Shown here one piece after another: positions 1 through 9,030 of a DNA stretch of 64,000 nucleotides. The position numbers and the translations under genes are program-made. Source of the DNA: Alphaproteobacteria bacterium 43-37. Its GTDB lineage: Bacteria > Pseudomonadota > Alphaproteobacteria > 43-37. Position 1 is the first letter of the stretch, and each line of letters starts with the position of its first letter. The notes beneath the pieces are model-generated. The model made no database searches and had not been told where the DNA came from. It saw only the letters and a program-made list of their open reading frames with translations. Where the stretch lies: assembly GCA_001897475.1 (NCBI GenBank), contig MKSY01000014.1:25523-89522 (forward strand). Direction: 5' to 3'.

Positions 1-683
1 CGTGTCCAATATTGCTTTTTTTGAATACCGGCCTCAGTAACATCAAGCATTTCCCCAGGGCAAAGCTGTATCACATTCTCATAAATCGATAAGGGGGATG
101 GAACAAACCCAAATACTTTATAGCATTGCGCAGCTTGCGGATTGATCTTCAAAACAAGCTGAGGTAAAACCTTAAATGCCTTAAGTTCAGAGGCAAACGC
201 ACAAATTTTCTGGTCATAATAAACATAAAGAGGTTTGACCCCGAAACGATCTCGGACCAGGGTCATTTTGTTTTGAGCCACATCAAAAACACAAAAGGCA
301 AACATGCCATCCAGTTTTGACAGAGCCTCTTCGACACCAAAGGCCGCAATAGCCTCCAAAAGAACTTCTGTATCCGAAGTTCCAGCAAAACTAATCCCTG
401 CAGATTTAAGCTGATCACGAATACCTGAAGATTGATAAAGCTCACCATTGTATATCAGCACATATCGTCCACAATGGCTTGTCATTGGCTGAGCACCTGT
501 AGGGGATAGATCCACAGTCGCCAACCGCCTGTGTCCTAAAGCAACCTTATTGCTTTTATCGACCCACACTCCTTGCCCATCAGGGCCTCGGTGAGCAATG
601 GCCATAGCCATATTAGAAACAGCATCATGGAGACTGCCTTTAAAATCTGAATGAATAATCCAAATACCCGCAATACCACACAT
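1..683 (-). CDS. Asparagine synthetase (glutamine-hydrolysing)-like amidotransferase, N-terminal part; gene continues past the window start
   Basis: Reverse-strand translation from the ATG at 681-683 gives MCGIAGIWIIHSDF...GPDGQGVW, a class-II glutamine amidotransferase N-terminus (Cys2 nucleophile) typical of AsnB/WbpS-like enzymes in polysaccharide loci. The frame runs off the 5' edge of the window. Confidence 0.65.
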   Translation of the reverse strand, partial: MCGIAGIWIIHSDFKGSLHDAVSNMAMAIAHRGPDGQGVWVDKSNKVALGHRRLATVDLSPTGAQPMTSHCGRYVLIYNGELYQSSGIRDQLKSAGISFAGTSDTEVLLEAIAAFGVEEALSKLDGMFAFCVFDVAQNKMTLVRDRFGVKPLYVYYDQKICAFASELKAFKVLPQLVLKINPQAAQCYKVFGFVPSPLSIYENVIQLCPGEMLDVTEAGIQKKQYWT

Positions 684-803
684 GTAAGTTTATCCCAATC
701 TTTTCACGCACCCAATATGCCCGCAAATAGTTTCCTTGAGAATATCCATTCTTAACGGTACTATTAAGTTGGAAATCACATTTTACTTTTACAACAATTA
801 TCT

Positions 804-1664
804 ATGCTGCCTTTTGTCTCTGTTATTGTCACCTGTTATAATCGCGCAAATACCATTGAGCGTGCGATCAAAAGTGTATGCACCCAAATACATTCAAACA
901 TCGAGATCATCATTGTGGATGATGCCTCAACAGATAATTCGCTTGCTGTCATTGCAAGCATGCGTGACCCGCGCCTGATCTTTATTGCAAACTCTGCCAA
1001 CAAAGGCGTTGGAGGCGCTAAAAACGTTGGCATTCAAGCCGCAAAGGGTGACTACATCGCCTTTTTAGATTCCGATGATGAATGGCTCCCTGAAAAATTA
1101 GCCAAGCAACTTGCTTTTATCGGAAAAGGACAAAATCAAGTATGCTTTACAGAATGTTTTATCCAAAGGGAAGATGGCAAACAATTTTTAAGAACATATG
1201 AAAACTTTAAATCCTCATTAGAAGCCATTGCCTCAGGTGAGATGTACAATTTTGGCTCAACGTTACTCGCTCACCGCTCCTGCTTTGAATCCGTTGGTAT
1301 GATTGATGAGACACTTAAACGGTTTGAAGATCGCGCCTGGGTTCTTAAATATACCATTGAACATGGGGACTTCGTGGTCGTTCCTGAGCCTTTAGCTATC
1401 ATCTACAGTAGTGGTTGGCCAACTTACCAAGCCGTCCTTAGCTCTTGCGATGGATTTTGGGAGTTATCGCAAAGGCTGGTCCAGATATCAAAATACCGCT
1501 GTCTCATTCAAGGTAGCCTGGGCTATGAACGTGCCGTAGCTGCCTTCCGATCCGGGCAAAAATGGGCAGCTTTTAAAGTGCTTTTGAAAATTATGACTTA
1601 CTACCCTCAGTTTATTCCAGTCCTCTGGAAACGGCTTAAGCGCAAAATCAAGCAGAGGGGCTAA
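804..1664 (+). CDS. Family 2 glycosyltransferase
   Basis: 286-aa ORF. N-terminus VSVIVTCYNRANTIERAI with DDASTDNS and a DSDDEW (DxD-like) motif is the canonical GT2/GT-A signature. Confidence 0.75.
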   Translation: MLPFVSVIVTCYNRANTIERAIKSVCTQIHSNIEIIIVDDASTDNSLAVIASMRDPRLIFIANSANKGVGGAKNVGIQAAKGDYIAFLDSDDEWLPEKLAKQLAFIGKGQNQVCFTECFIQREDGKQFLRTYENFKSSLEAIASGEMYNFGSTLLAHRSCFESVGMIDETLKRFEDRAWVLKYTIEHGDFVVVPEPLAIIYSSGWPTYQAVLSSCDGFWELSQRLVQISKYRCLIQGSLGYERAVAAFRSGQKWAAFKVLLKIMTYYPQFIPVLWKRLKRKIKQRG

Positions 1665-2859
1665 AGCTCATTTTCGCCTTTTGATGAAAAACACCCGGAT
1701 TAATGCCGGACAACTTCTCAGTTGAATCCGGCCAAACGCTTAACGTTTGCAACCAAAGTTCTTCATCCATTATGTTATCGCCTGACTTAATCACCACACC
1801 AATGCCATAACTGTCTGGGAGCAGCAGCATGTCATCAACAGAAACCGTGCAAACACCTTTGCCAGGTACCTGGCCTTCTTGATTAAATGCATAACACACC
1901 AAAGGCTGTTTCTGAGCATTGTAGAATATGACTTCACACTGGAAATTGGGTATAGTTGAAAGATGTGAGTCTATTTGAACAACCACTTGCACCGCCCCAT
2001 GCTGCTCCACGCCTGCTACAGAAGCGCCACCTTGATCCAGAAGCGCTACATGTGTAATGGTAGCCTGCCTTAAGGCAGGGTCATGCTGTCTTACGTCTAA
2101 TCCTTTAGATTGAGCCATACTTTCGTAGTATAGCGGCATGATTTCTTGAGTAGCTCCATCGGCACGTACGGCGCCTTTTTCAAGCCAGATCAGTCGCTCG
2201 CAATGCCGAGCCAAAGCTTCCATTTGGTGACTCACAAAAATGACTGTGCGCCCTTCCCGCGCTACTGATTCAACACGCTCAAGGCATTTCTTCTGGAATG
2301 CCATATCACCTACTGCCAAGACCTCGTCAATAATAAGGATTTCTGGATCCAAGTGCGCAGCCACAGCGAAAGCCAGGCGAACCATCATACCACTGGAATA
2401 ACGCTTCACAGGGGTATCAAGGAATGCTTCAACACCAGAAAAATCGACAATTTCATCAAACTTTCTGGCTATATCTCTACGATGCATTCCCAGAATAGCA
2501 CCGTTAACATAAATATTTTCTCGACCAGTCAACTCTGGATGAAACCCAGTACCAACTTCCAACAAGGCACCCACACGATGATATAACTTAACTTCCCCAT
2601 CCGTCGGTTCTGTAATGCGCGTCAAAATCTTGAGCAATGTGCTTTTACCCGCCCCGTTATGGCCGATTAGACCCACAACCTGCCCTAGGGGAATCGAAAA
2701 AGAAACATCATTCAGGGCGTTAAAAATGACTGACTCTGGCTTCTTTTGAAACATGCCATAGACAGCTTCTTGCAACGCTCCTCTTAACGTAGCATGAGGC
2801 TGCTTTTTAAAAATCCGGTATTCCTTTGATAAACCTTCCGCTGAAATTGCTATGCTCAT
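1648..2859 (-). CDS. Polysaccharide/O-antigen ABC exporter ATP-binding protein (Wzt/KpsT-like) with C-terminal extension
   Basis: 403 aa. Walker A GHNGAGKST, ABC signature LSSGM, Walker B ILIIDE. About 150 extra C-terminal residues as in the Wzt carbohydrate-binding domain. Sits immediately downstream of an ABC-2 permease. Confidence 0.8.
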   Translation of the reverse strand: MSIAISAEGLSKEYRIFKKQPHATLRGALQEAVYGMFQKKPESVIFNALNDVSFSIPLGQVVGLIGHNGAGKSTLLKILTRITEPTDGEVKLYHRVGALLEVGTGFHPELTGRENIYVNGAILGMHRRDIARKFDEIVDFSGVEAFLDTPVKRYSSGMMVRLAFAVAAHLDPEILIIDEVLAVGDMAFQKKCLERVESVAREGRTVIFVSHQMEALARHCERLIWLEKGAVRADGATQEIMPLYYESMAQSKGLDVRQHDPALRQATITHVALLDQGGASVAGVEQHGAVQVVVQIDSHLSTIPNFQCEVIFYNAQKQPLVCYAFNQEGQVPGKGVCTVSVDDMLLLPDSYGIGVVIKSGDNIMDEELWLQTLSVWPDSTEKLSGINPGVFHQKAKMSFSPSA

Positions 2860-2901
2860 AGCTTAAATCCGATCCACATCATAGCTTAAATCCGATCCAC
2901 A
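2856..2901. repeat. Perfect 23-bp tandem duplication (tcatagcttaaatccgatccaca x2) at the wzm stop / wzt start junction
   Basis: Read directly: copy 1 at 2856-2878 carries the wzt start codon (rc ATG 2857-2859). Copy 2 at 2879-2901 carries the wzm stop codon (rc TAA 2886-2888). Each copy holds both signals. Confidence 0.8.
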
Positions 2902-3740
2902 ATTGTTTTCACGCGGGAGTTGAAAAAAACAAGGCCTCCAGCAAGGCACATCAAGATAACCAGGACGCTTATTAAAACAGCACCTACGTCCAGCGTTATA
3001 TTAAGTTTTGACAGCAAACACCAACGGAAGCCTTCTATGATTCCTACCAACGGATTGAGCTTGTATAACCACTGGTAACCCTCTGGAACCATGTTAACTG
3101 GGTACAATACTGGAGAAAGGTACAGGCTGATTTGGGCCATAAATGGCAACGCGTATTGGACATCTCGGTAAAGAGCATTGAGAATGGATAACCACAAGGC
3201 TATACTCAAGGCAAACAACACCATGAGCATCATAAAAAACGGCAAGAACATCACGGGCCAGCCCGGTGCTACTTTAAACCAAACCATAAGAGCCAACACG
3301 AGGATAAAAGTCACACTAAAATCCACCAAATGTGTCAGAACATTGGCAATAGGAGCCATAAGTCGTGGGAAGTAGATCTTAGATAGCATGCCACTTAACA
3401 TGACAAGGCTTGCGCTGCCTTGAGTAAAAGCCTGCTGGAAATACTGCCATGGTAAAAGAGCAACCGTGCAAAACAACACATAAGGTACATTTTGTGTTGG
3501 GATTTTCACAATTCGCCCTAAAATAAGTGTAAATATCGCCACCGTCAGCAATGGTTGCAATAAGGCCCAAACCACACCAATCGCGCTTTGTTTATAACGA
3601 ACTCGAATATCCCGTAATGTGAGGATTATCAAAAGCCAACGCATTGTCCATAGCTCACCAAAATCTGGCCAGGACCATCCACGGCTGGATTTTAAGATAA
3701 GCGGTTTTTCTAGTGACGGCTGAGCCATAATTAAATTCAC
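2886..3740 (-). CDS. ABC-2 type polysaccharide exporter permease (Wzm/KpsM-like)
   Basis: 284 aa with about six predicted TM helices and the ABC-2 family N-terminal pattern (LTLRDIRVRYKQSAIGVVWALLQPLL). Paired with the Wzt-like ATPase. Confidence 0.75.
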   Translation of the reverse strand: MNLIMAQPSLEKPLILKSSRGWSWPDFGELWTMRWLLIILTLRDIRVRYKQSAIGVVWALLQPLLTVAIFTLILGRIVKIPTQNVPYVLFCTVALLPWQYFQQAFTQGSASLVMLSGMLSKIYFPRLMAPIANVLTHLVDFSVTFILVLALMVWFKVAPGWPVMFLPFFMMLMVLFALSIALWLSILNALYRDVQYALPFMAQISLYLSPVLYPVNMVPEGYQWLYKLNPLVGIIEGFRWCLLSKLNITLDVGAVLISVLVILMCLAGGLVFFNSRVKTIVDRI

Positions 3741-4001
3741 AAATCAGAATGCTAACATTAGCTTCCTTTCTAACCTAAATTAGACCTCATTGCTATGAAT
3801 AAAATCCACTCCCAATGTTGTCTGCATAGCGCCTATTGAGCTTTAAAGATCGACAAGGACGAAAAAGAATACTCAACAACACTTTTGCCATCAAACTTTG
3901 TCCATAATGAGTTCAATACAAGCCGATTATTGACAAGGAATCTATTTCAATTTATGGATATGCAACCATAGTGTTTCAGTGCAAATGATCAGGAGAAGCC
4001 A

Positions 4002-4451
4002 GTGGCCCATGATAAAATTGTTGATGAGCACATCCTTTATCTTGTCCAGTCTGAACAAATCAGAGAGCAAGCAGATTTAACTCGACACTTAAAAGCCAAG
4101 GGGTTTGACGTTCCTCAGGCTACTTTGTCACGAAGGCTCAAAAAACTGGACATTGCAAAAGTTGGCGGCATTTACAAGCTTATCGAGAGCTCCACCACCT
4201 CTTTACCAGGCATCCTCTCATTCAACACAACTGACTCTGGCCTTATTGTTTTGCGTACCTTACCTGGGCAAGCTAATGCAGTAGCTTACATAATAGACCA
4301 GAGCTTTGTTGGCACACATTCCACAAACACCTCTGGGATTTTAGCAACGATAGCGGGCGATGACACCATACTCGTTATCGTGGATAAACAAGAAAACATT
4401 GACCAAGCGGTGCGGGCCTTAAAGAAAAAATTTCAGACTTTAAACAATTAA
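4002..4451 (+). CDS. argR: Arginine repressor ArgR
   Basis: 149 aa. N-terminal winged-helix region (QIREQADLTRHLKAKGFDVPQATLSRRLKKL) and C-terminal oligomerisation/arginine-binding motif GILATIAGDDTILVIV, which matches the ArgR GTIAGDDTIFV signature. Confidence 0.7.
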   Translation: MAHDKIVDEHILYLVQSEQIREQADLTRHLKAKGFDVPQATLSRRLKKLDIAKVGGIYKLIESSTTSLPGILSFNTTDSGLIVLRTLPGQANAVAYIIDQSFVGTHSTNTSGILATIAGDDTILVIVDKQENIDQAVRALKKKFQTLNN

Positions 4452-4801
4452 TCCTTACGCTCTCATCACAACCTTTGCGTTTTTTTGAAACCCAGAGTTC
4501 AAACATAATCATATATAGCCATAAGTAATTTTTACGAATTTAATTTTTTTGCCTCCCATATTAAGGATACACGGTAGGTACTTATGCTCAATATCTTGCG
4601 ATCAAATATCCAATTTTGCTTTTGAAATCGGAGAATCGTACTGAAAGTAAAAGAACTGTCTACCGTATTTCTTGCAATACACCTTGCCAATATTGAGTGT
4701 TAATAAATTTTGTTTTCTATGTTAACTTAATGTTAAGAGACTTAAGCTTTAATTATAAAAGAAATGGCGCAAGGAATAGCAAATAGTTTGGCGCGCCAGA
4801 G

Positions 4802-5626
4802 ATGGGTATACCAATGTTGATTGCGTTTGGCTATTTCTTAGCCGTTGCCGTAGGATTTTCACTTGGAGTTTTTGGAACTGGCGGCGCCATATTAACGATC
4901 CCTATTTTTGTTTACATATGGCAATTTCAGAATAAGCAAGCCATTGCTTCTGGATTTGTGATTGTCGTCTTGGTTGGCCTTATAGCTGCTTGGAAACACT
5001 ATAAAGACGGCCATATAAACTTCAAACTTCTTATTCTTTTTGCACCCACTGCCATGCTAGGGACATTCTTTGGGGTATCTCTTTCTCACGATATACCAGA
5101 TGGAATACAGCTTCTTATGCTTGCAATAGTGATGATTACATCCGCGTTATTGATGCTAATTCCATATCACACACCCGAAGAAGCTTCTGATGGCGATAGC
5201 TCCTTTAAGATTGCTCATCCTATTTTATTTTGCTTACTTGGCCTTTCGGTAGGCATCATTGTTGGCTTAGTAGGGATTGGAGGCGGTTTCATTATACTAC
5301 CTATCCTCGTCAGCTTAGTCCATGTTCCCATGCGGCAAGCCATTGGTACCACCCTCATGATCGCCATATTAAACGCTGCTGTTGGCGCGTTATCTTGCAT
5401 CCAGCATGTATCCATACCTTGGGAAAAAGTGCTAGCATTTGCTGCCATTGCTATCGCAGGCGGGGTAACGGGCGCCTATTTTAACTCCAAGCTTCCTGTT
5501 CCTATTTTACGCAAGGCTTTCGCCACAATACTCATCCTCGTCGCAAGCTTCATTGCCTATGAGAATGTGCTGTTTTTTGCAAAGGGCTGCATCTTTGCCG
5601 AAGTAGAACTTCCACCAACAAGCTAG
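4802..5626 (+). CDS. TauE/SafE family (DUF81) membrane permease, putative sulfite/anion exporter
   Basis: 274-aa polytopic membrane protein with two internally repeated halves and GxGGG-type motifs (GTGGAILTIPIF; GIGGGFIILPIL) characteristic of TauE/SafE. Confidence 0.6.
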   Translation: MGIPMLIAFGYFLAVAVGFSLGVFGTGGAILTIPIFVYIWQFQNKQAIASGFVIVVLVGLIAAWKHYKDGHINFKLLILFAPTAMLGTFFGVSLSHDIPDGIQLLMLAIVMITSALLMLIPYHTPEEASDGDSSFKIAHPILFCLLGLSVGIIVGLVGIGGGFIILPILVSLVHVPMRQAIGTTLMIAILNAAVGALSCIQHVSIPWEKVLAFAAIAIAGGVTGAYFNSKLPVPILRKAFATILILVASFIAYENVLFFAKGCIFAEVELPPTS

Positions 5627-5699
5627 TACTATCCACTCACTTTCAGAATGATTTTTCTTGTACCAAAGCTTCGTCTAAGCTAGGTTCACTTTGACAAAC

Positions 5700-5789
5700 G
5701 GAGGGATGCCGGAGCGGTTGAACGGGGCGGTCTCGAAAACCGTTGTGCACGCAAGTGTACCCAGGGTTCGAATCCCTGTCCCTCCGCCA
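5700..5789 (+). tRNA. tRNA-Ser (anticodon CGA)
   Basis: 90-nt cloverleaf GGAGGGATGCCGGAGCGGTTGAACGG...CCTCCGCCA with a long variable arm. Anticodon loop CU-CGA-AA. Encoded CCA end. Confidence 0.9.
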
Positions 5790-5911
5790 TGGTTTATCTT
5801 TAATCATGTCAAGAAACAAAGCGATAGCGAATCTTGATATGGTTTAAGTTTTGCCACATACAAAAATATCGTCTATTATTTACAACTAAATCAGCAAAAT
5901 GAGAATAAAAT

Positions 5912-6301
5912 ATGGCTTACATATGGGTTGCGATCGGGAGTGCACTAGGTGGTGCAGCACGGTATTGGTGCTCAGAACTTTTTACAGCCGCTGCAAAAAA
6001 GAATTTTCCTTGGGAAACAATTTTGGTGAACATCATTGGTTCGTTTATTATTGGACTCTTCGCATCTATCACAGAAAAACATTCATCATTGGTAACATTT
6101 AGCAGCCATGCAAAGCTTTTTATAACAGCTGGAATATGCGGAGGATTCACAACATTTTCTGCATTTAGCCTGCAAACATTAACCCTTCTTCAAAAAGGTA
6201 AAATTCTTGAGGCCAGCTTAAATATTTCTTTATCAGTAGTATTATGTCTCATTTTTGTTTGGCTAGGCTACGCACTTGGAGCTTTAGCCAGCCGCCTATG
6301 A
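5912..6301 (+). CDS. crcB: Fluoride ion channel CrcB/FluC
   Basis: 129 aa, four TM helices, N-terminus MAYIWVAIGSALGGAARYWCSELF and GFTTFSAFSLQT motif typical of CrcB. Confidence 0.8.
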   Translation: MAYIWVAIGSALGGAARYWCSELFTAAAKKNFPWETILVNIIGSFIIGLFASITEKHSSLVTFSSHAKLFITAGICGGFTTFSAFSLQTLTLLQKGKILEASLNISLSVVLCLIFVWLGYALGALASRL

Positions 6302-6320
6302 CTTAGGCTCCACCTTTTGT

Positions 6321-6394
6321 CGTCCTCCTCGCTCTTTTCTCTGTCACCCTCGCTCTTTTCTCTGTCACCCTCGCGAAAGCGGGGGGCCATATAT
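6321..6394 (-). repeat. Dispersed composite intergenic repeat, copy A (reverse orientation): header atatggccccccgctttcgcgagggtgacag plus 2 x 21-bp units
   Basis: The reverse complement reads tatatggccccccgctttcgcgagggtgacagagaaaagagcgagggtgacagagaaaagagcgagg, matching the headers at 8763, 40347, 40492 and 55557. Confidence 0.75.
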
Positions 6395-6422
6395 GACAAA
6401 GAAGGATAACTCACCCAGACCG

Positions 6423-6447
6423 CCACCACGGGTGGAGGTTTTTCGTT
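6423..6447 (+). terminator. Possible rho-independent terminator downstream of crcB
   Basis: Hairpin ccacc-acg-ggtgg followed by aggtttttcg on the plus strand. It is about 120 nt past the crcB stop, so the assignment is tentative. Confidence 0.3.
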
Positions 6448-6454
6448 ATGCAAC

Positions 6455-6491
6455 AAAAAGCACGCCTAAATTTAAAACTTAGGAGTGCTTT
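6455..6491 (-). terminator. Probable rho-independent terminator of rpmI-rplT
   Basis: On the minus strand, an imperfect long hairpin (aaagcactcctaa ... ttaggcgtgcttt) is followed by a TTTTTGTTG run, about 20 nt after the rplT stop. Confidence 0.45.
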
Positions 6492-6511
6492 TAAAAAGAA
6501 ATCAGCGCTAG

Positions 6512-6871
6512 TTAAGCAGCGATTGCAGTCTTAGCTTGAGCAACAAGATTTGCAAAAGCGTTTGGTGAATGAACCGCCAAATCCGCCATGACCTTCCTGT
6601 CAACTTCAATGCCAGCTTTAAGAAGGCCATTGATGAGCTGAGAGTAAGTTATACCATGTTGACGCGCACCTGCATTGATACGCTGGATCCAAAGAGCACG
6701 GAAAGTCCGCTTCTTAACCCGGCGATCACGGTATGCGTATTGCAGGCCCTTTTCAACCTTTTCTACGGCAATTCTAAAATTTGTTTTGGAACGCCCCCGA
6801 TAGCCCTTAGCCATCTTGAGGATTTTTTTGTGTCGTGCATGGGTGGTTACACCCCTTTTAACGCGTGCCAT
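6512..6871 (-). CDS. rplT: 50S ribosomal protein L20
   Basis: 119 aa [35 protein letters not shown]..., a near-universal L20 sequence. Confidence 0.95.
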   Translation of the reverse strand: MARVKRGVTTHARHKKILKMAKGYRGRSKTNFRIAVEKVEKGLQYAYRDRRVKKRTFRALWIQRINAGARQHGITYSQLINGLLKAGIEVDRKVMADLAVHSPNAFANLVAQAKTAIAA

Positions 6872-6893
6872 GAGAAATTCTCCTTAATATCAA

Positions 6894-7094
6894 TTACAGG
6901 CCATAAGGCATAAGACGACGAATACGCTTGGCATCGGTCTCGTCCATGATCACGGTACCGCGAGCATTTCTCAAGAATTCGTTGCTACGCTTGCGCATAT
7001 TGTGCCTTTTACCAGCTTGGCCGACGATAATTTTCCCAGCGGCATTGGTACGGAAGCGTTTTTTAATTCCGCTCTTTGTTTTCAATTTGGGCAT
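6894..7094 (-). CDS. rpmI: 50S ribosomal protein L35
   Basis: [36 protein letters not shown]... (66 aa). Start set at the internal ATG 7092-7094 of the longer 101-aa ORF. Lies immediately upstream of rplT as in the conserved rpmI-rplT operon. Confidence 0.9.
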   Translation of the reverse strand: MPKLKTKSGIKKRFRTNAAGKIIVGQAGKRHNMRKRSNEFLRNARGTVIMDETDAKRIRRLMPYGL

Positions 7095-7441
7095 TTTTAT
7101 CTCCATAAAATCAACAACTCGTGCTTGCAGGCATACCCAATAAACATCGCCTGTTCGCAACGCATTCTTGCTTTTACACAAGCTGGTTTTAAAAAGCAAG
7201 CTGAATTCACTATTGCCTTTAAACCCATACGGTTATGGATGCAAAGAATGCTGAATGAAAAACACCGCACCTGTGAGTACTGAACTCGCCCCCATATAAA
7301 GAACATATGCAGTGCAGCCCACTCTTAATCACACAACAACAATTGAATCCTTCATCGGAAAATGCGATAAATAACGATGGTTCAAAGACAAATCGAGAGA
7401 TAGATGATGAAACACAAAAGTCTATACCCTATAGCCACTAG

Positions 7442-8701
7442 ATGAGTGACCACCGCCCCCTTGCAGAGCAACTGAGACCTGAGACACTCTTAGAAGTTGT
7501 TGGTCAGGAACACTTAACAAGTGAAAATGGCATACTTCACAGCATGATTGATCGCCCACAATCGCTGGTGTTTTGGGGGCCACCAGGCTGCGGGAAAACC
7601 ACGATTGCTAAAATTTTAGCAAAATCCTGGGACCCTTTTTGGGAGCCAATATCAGCTGTCACAGCGAGCGTTTCGGATCTCAAAAAGCAGTTTGAGCAAC
7701 TCAAGCGCGAAAAACGTTTTCGCTCTCATATACTTTTTATTGATGAGGTACATCACTTCAATCGTTCCCAACAGGACGCTTTCCTCCCCTACCTAGAAGA
7801 TGGAACAATTGTGATCATTGGCGCCACAACTCAAAATCCTTCCTTTGCGCTCAACCCCGCCTTTTTGTCTCGTGTTAGCGTGATTGCTTTTTCAACCCTC
7901 AATGCCTTTGCTCTGGATAAACTCTTGAGCGCTATTCGACAGAAAACAGGACTTCCACTACGATTAACAGCTGAGGCACACTCTGCCCTCACTCAATGGG
8001 CTAATGGCGATGGCAGGGCTTTTATCGGGCAAATTGAAAACCTGATTAATGCAGATTTTGGAAATAAAGACGAGATCACGCTAGATGACCTAACCAAAAT
8101 CATGCAACAACGCCCAAAATCCTATGACAAAACGGGCGATGATCACTTTAACCTTATCAGCGCCCTGCATAAAGCCATCCGCGGAAGCGATGTTGATGGT
8201 GCATTATATTGGCTAGCACGAATGTGTGTCGGCAGTGAAGATAGAGCCTACATCTTCAGACGGCTCACACGCTTAGCCAGCGAAGACATCGGCCTTGCGG
8301 ATCCACATGCCCTGCCGCAAGTCATTGCAGCATGGCAGGCATTCGAAAGGTTGGGTGAGCCTGAAGGAGACCTATGCTTGGCTCAAGCTGTCATCTACCT
8401 TGCAACCGCCCCTAAATCTAACGCAACCTACTTAGCTCAAAAAGCATCCTTGAGCTTGGCCAAGACTTCTGCCAATCTGCCGCCACCACTTTATGCCATG
8501 AATGCTCCCACTCAACTGATGAAAGACTTGAAGTATTCACAAGGGTATGTTTATGACCATGATCTGCCGGAGTGTTTTTCAGGCCTCAACTATTTCCCAG
8601 ATGACCTCAACCGGCAGGAGCTTTACACACCTGCTACTCGTGGGTTTGAGCGAGAAATCCAAAAACGTTTGGAGTATTGGAAAAAGCTAAGAGAAAGGTG
8701 A
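7442..8701 (+). CDS. rarA: Replication-associated recombination protein A (RarA/MgsA AAA+ ATPase)
   Basis: 419 aa. Walker A [9 protein letters not shown], Walker B LFIDEVH, the RarA-specific helical lid and C-terminal MgsA domain ([27 protein letters not shown]). Confidence 0.85.
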   Translation: [419 protein letters not shown]

Positions 8702-8748
8702 TGTTTCCAGGCCTCACTCCCCTGTCACCCTTTAAGGAGTGAAGCGAT

Positions 8749-8947
8749 GTAGGAATCCAGGTTTTTTATGGGCCCCCGCTTTCGCGAGGGTGACAGGGAA
8801 AAGAGCGAGGGTGACAGGGAAAAGCGGACACCCCTCATTGTCATTCCCGCAACCCTCCTTTTGTCTTCCCGGACACCTCCTTTTTGTCTTCCCGGGCACC
8901 ACACTTTTGTCTTCCCGCACTTGATGCGGGATCCAGGTTTTTTATTG
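8749..8947 (+). repeat. Dispersed composite intergenic repeat, copy B
   Basis: Left end ggaatccaggttttttatgggcccccgctttcgcgagggtgacag. Then 2 x 21-bp gggaaaagagcgagggtgaca units, 3 x ~22-bp cctccttttgtcttcccggaca units, and a right end cacttgatgcgggatccaggttttttattg. The 14-bp direct repeat atccaggtttttta sits at both ends. Confidence 0.8.
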
Positions 8948-9030
8948 TATAACATCCTGGATTACTTGCCTTCGGCAAATACCTAAAGGCCGCAACGTCT
9001 ACGTTTCATTTCAGCTCACAATAACCGCTT

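Noticed and set aside
5790-5911. Fluoride riboswitch upstream of crcB
   Set aside because: I looked for the crcB-motif core (GGCGATGG...CC...GCTGATGATTCCTAC-like) in the 120 nt upstream of crcB and did not find it. The leader is AT-rich without the conserved pseudoknot elements. A Rfam scan would settle it.
8725-8986. Four small ORFs inside repeat copy B (8725..8955 -, 8732..8920 -, 8739..8924 +, 8768..8986 +)
   Set aside because: All are overlapping reading frames across the repeat element (FSLSPSLFSLSPS etc.). The same is true of 6268..6456 (-) in copy A and 55020..55289 / 55032..55235 / 54962..55225 in the copy D and MITE region.
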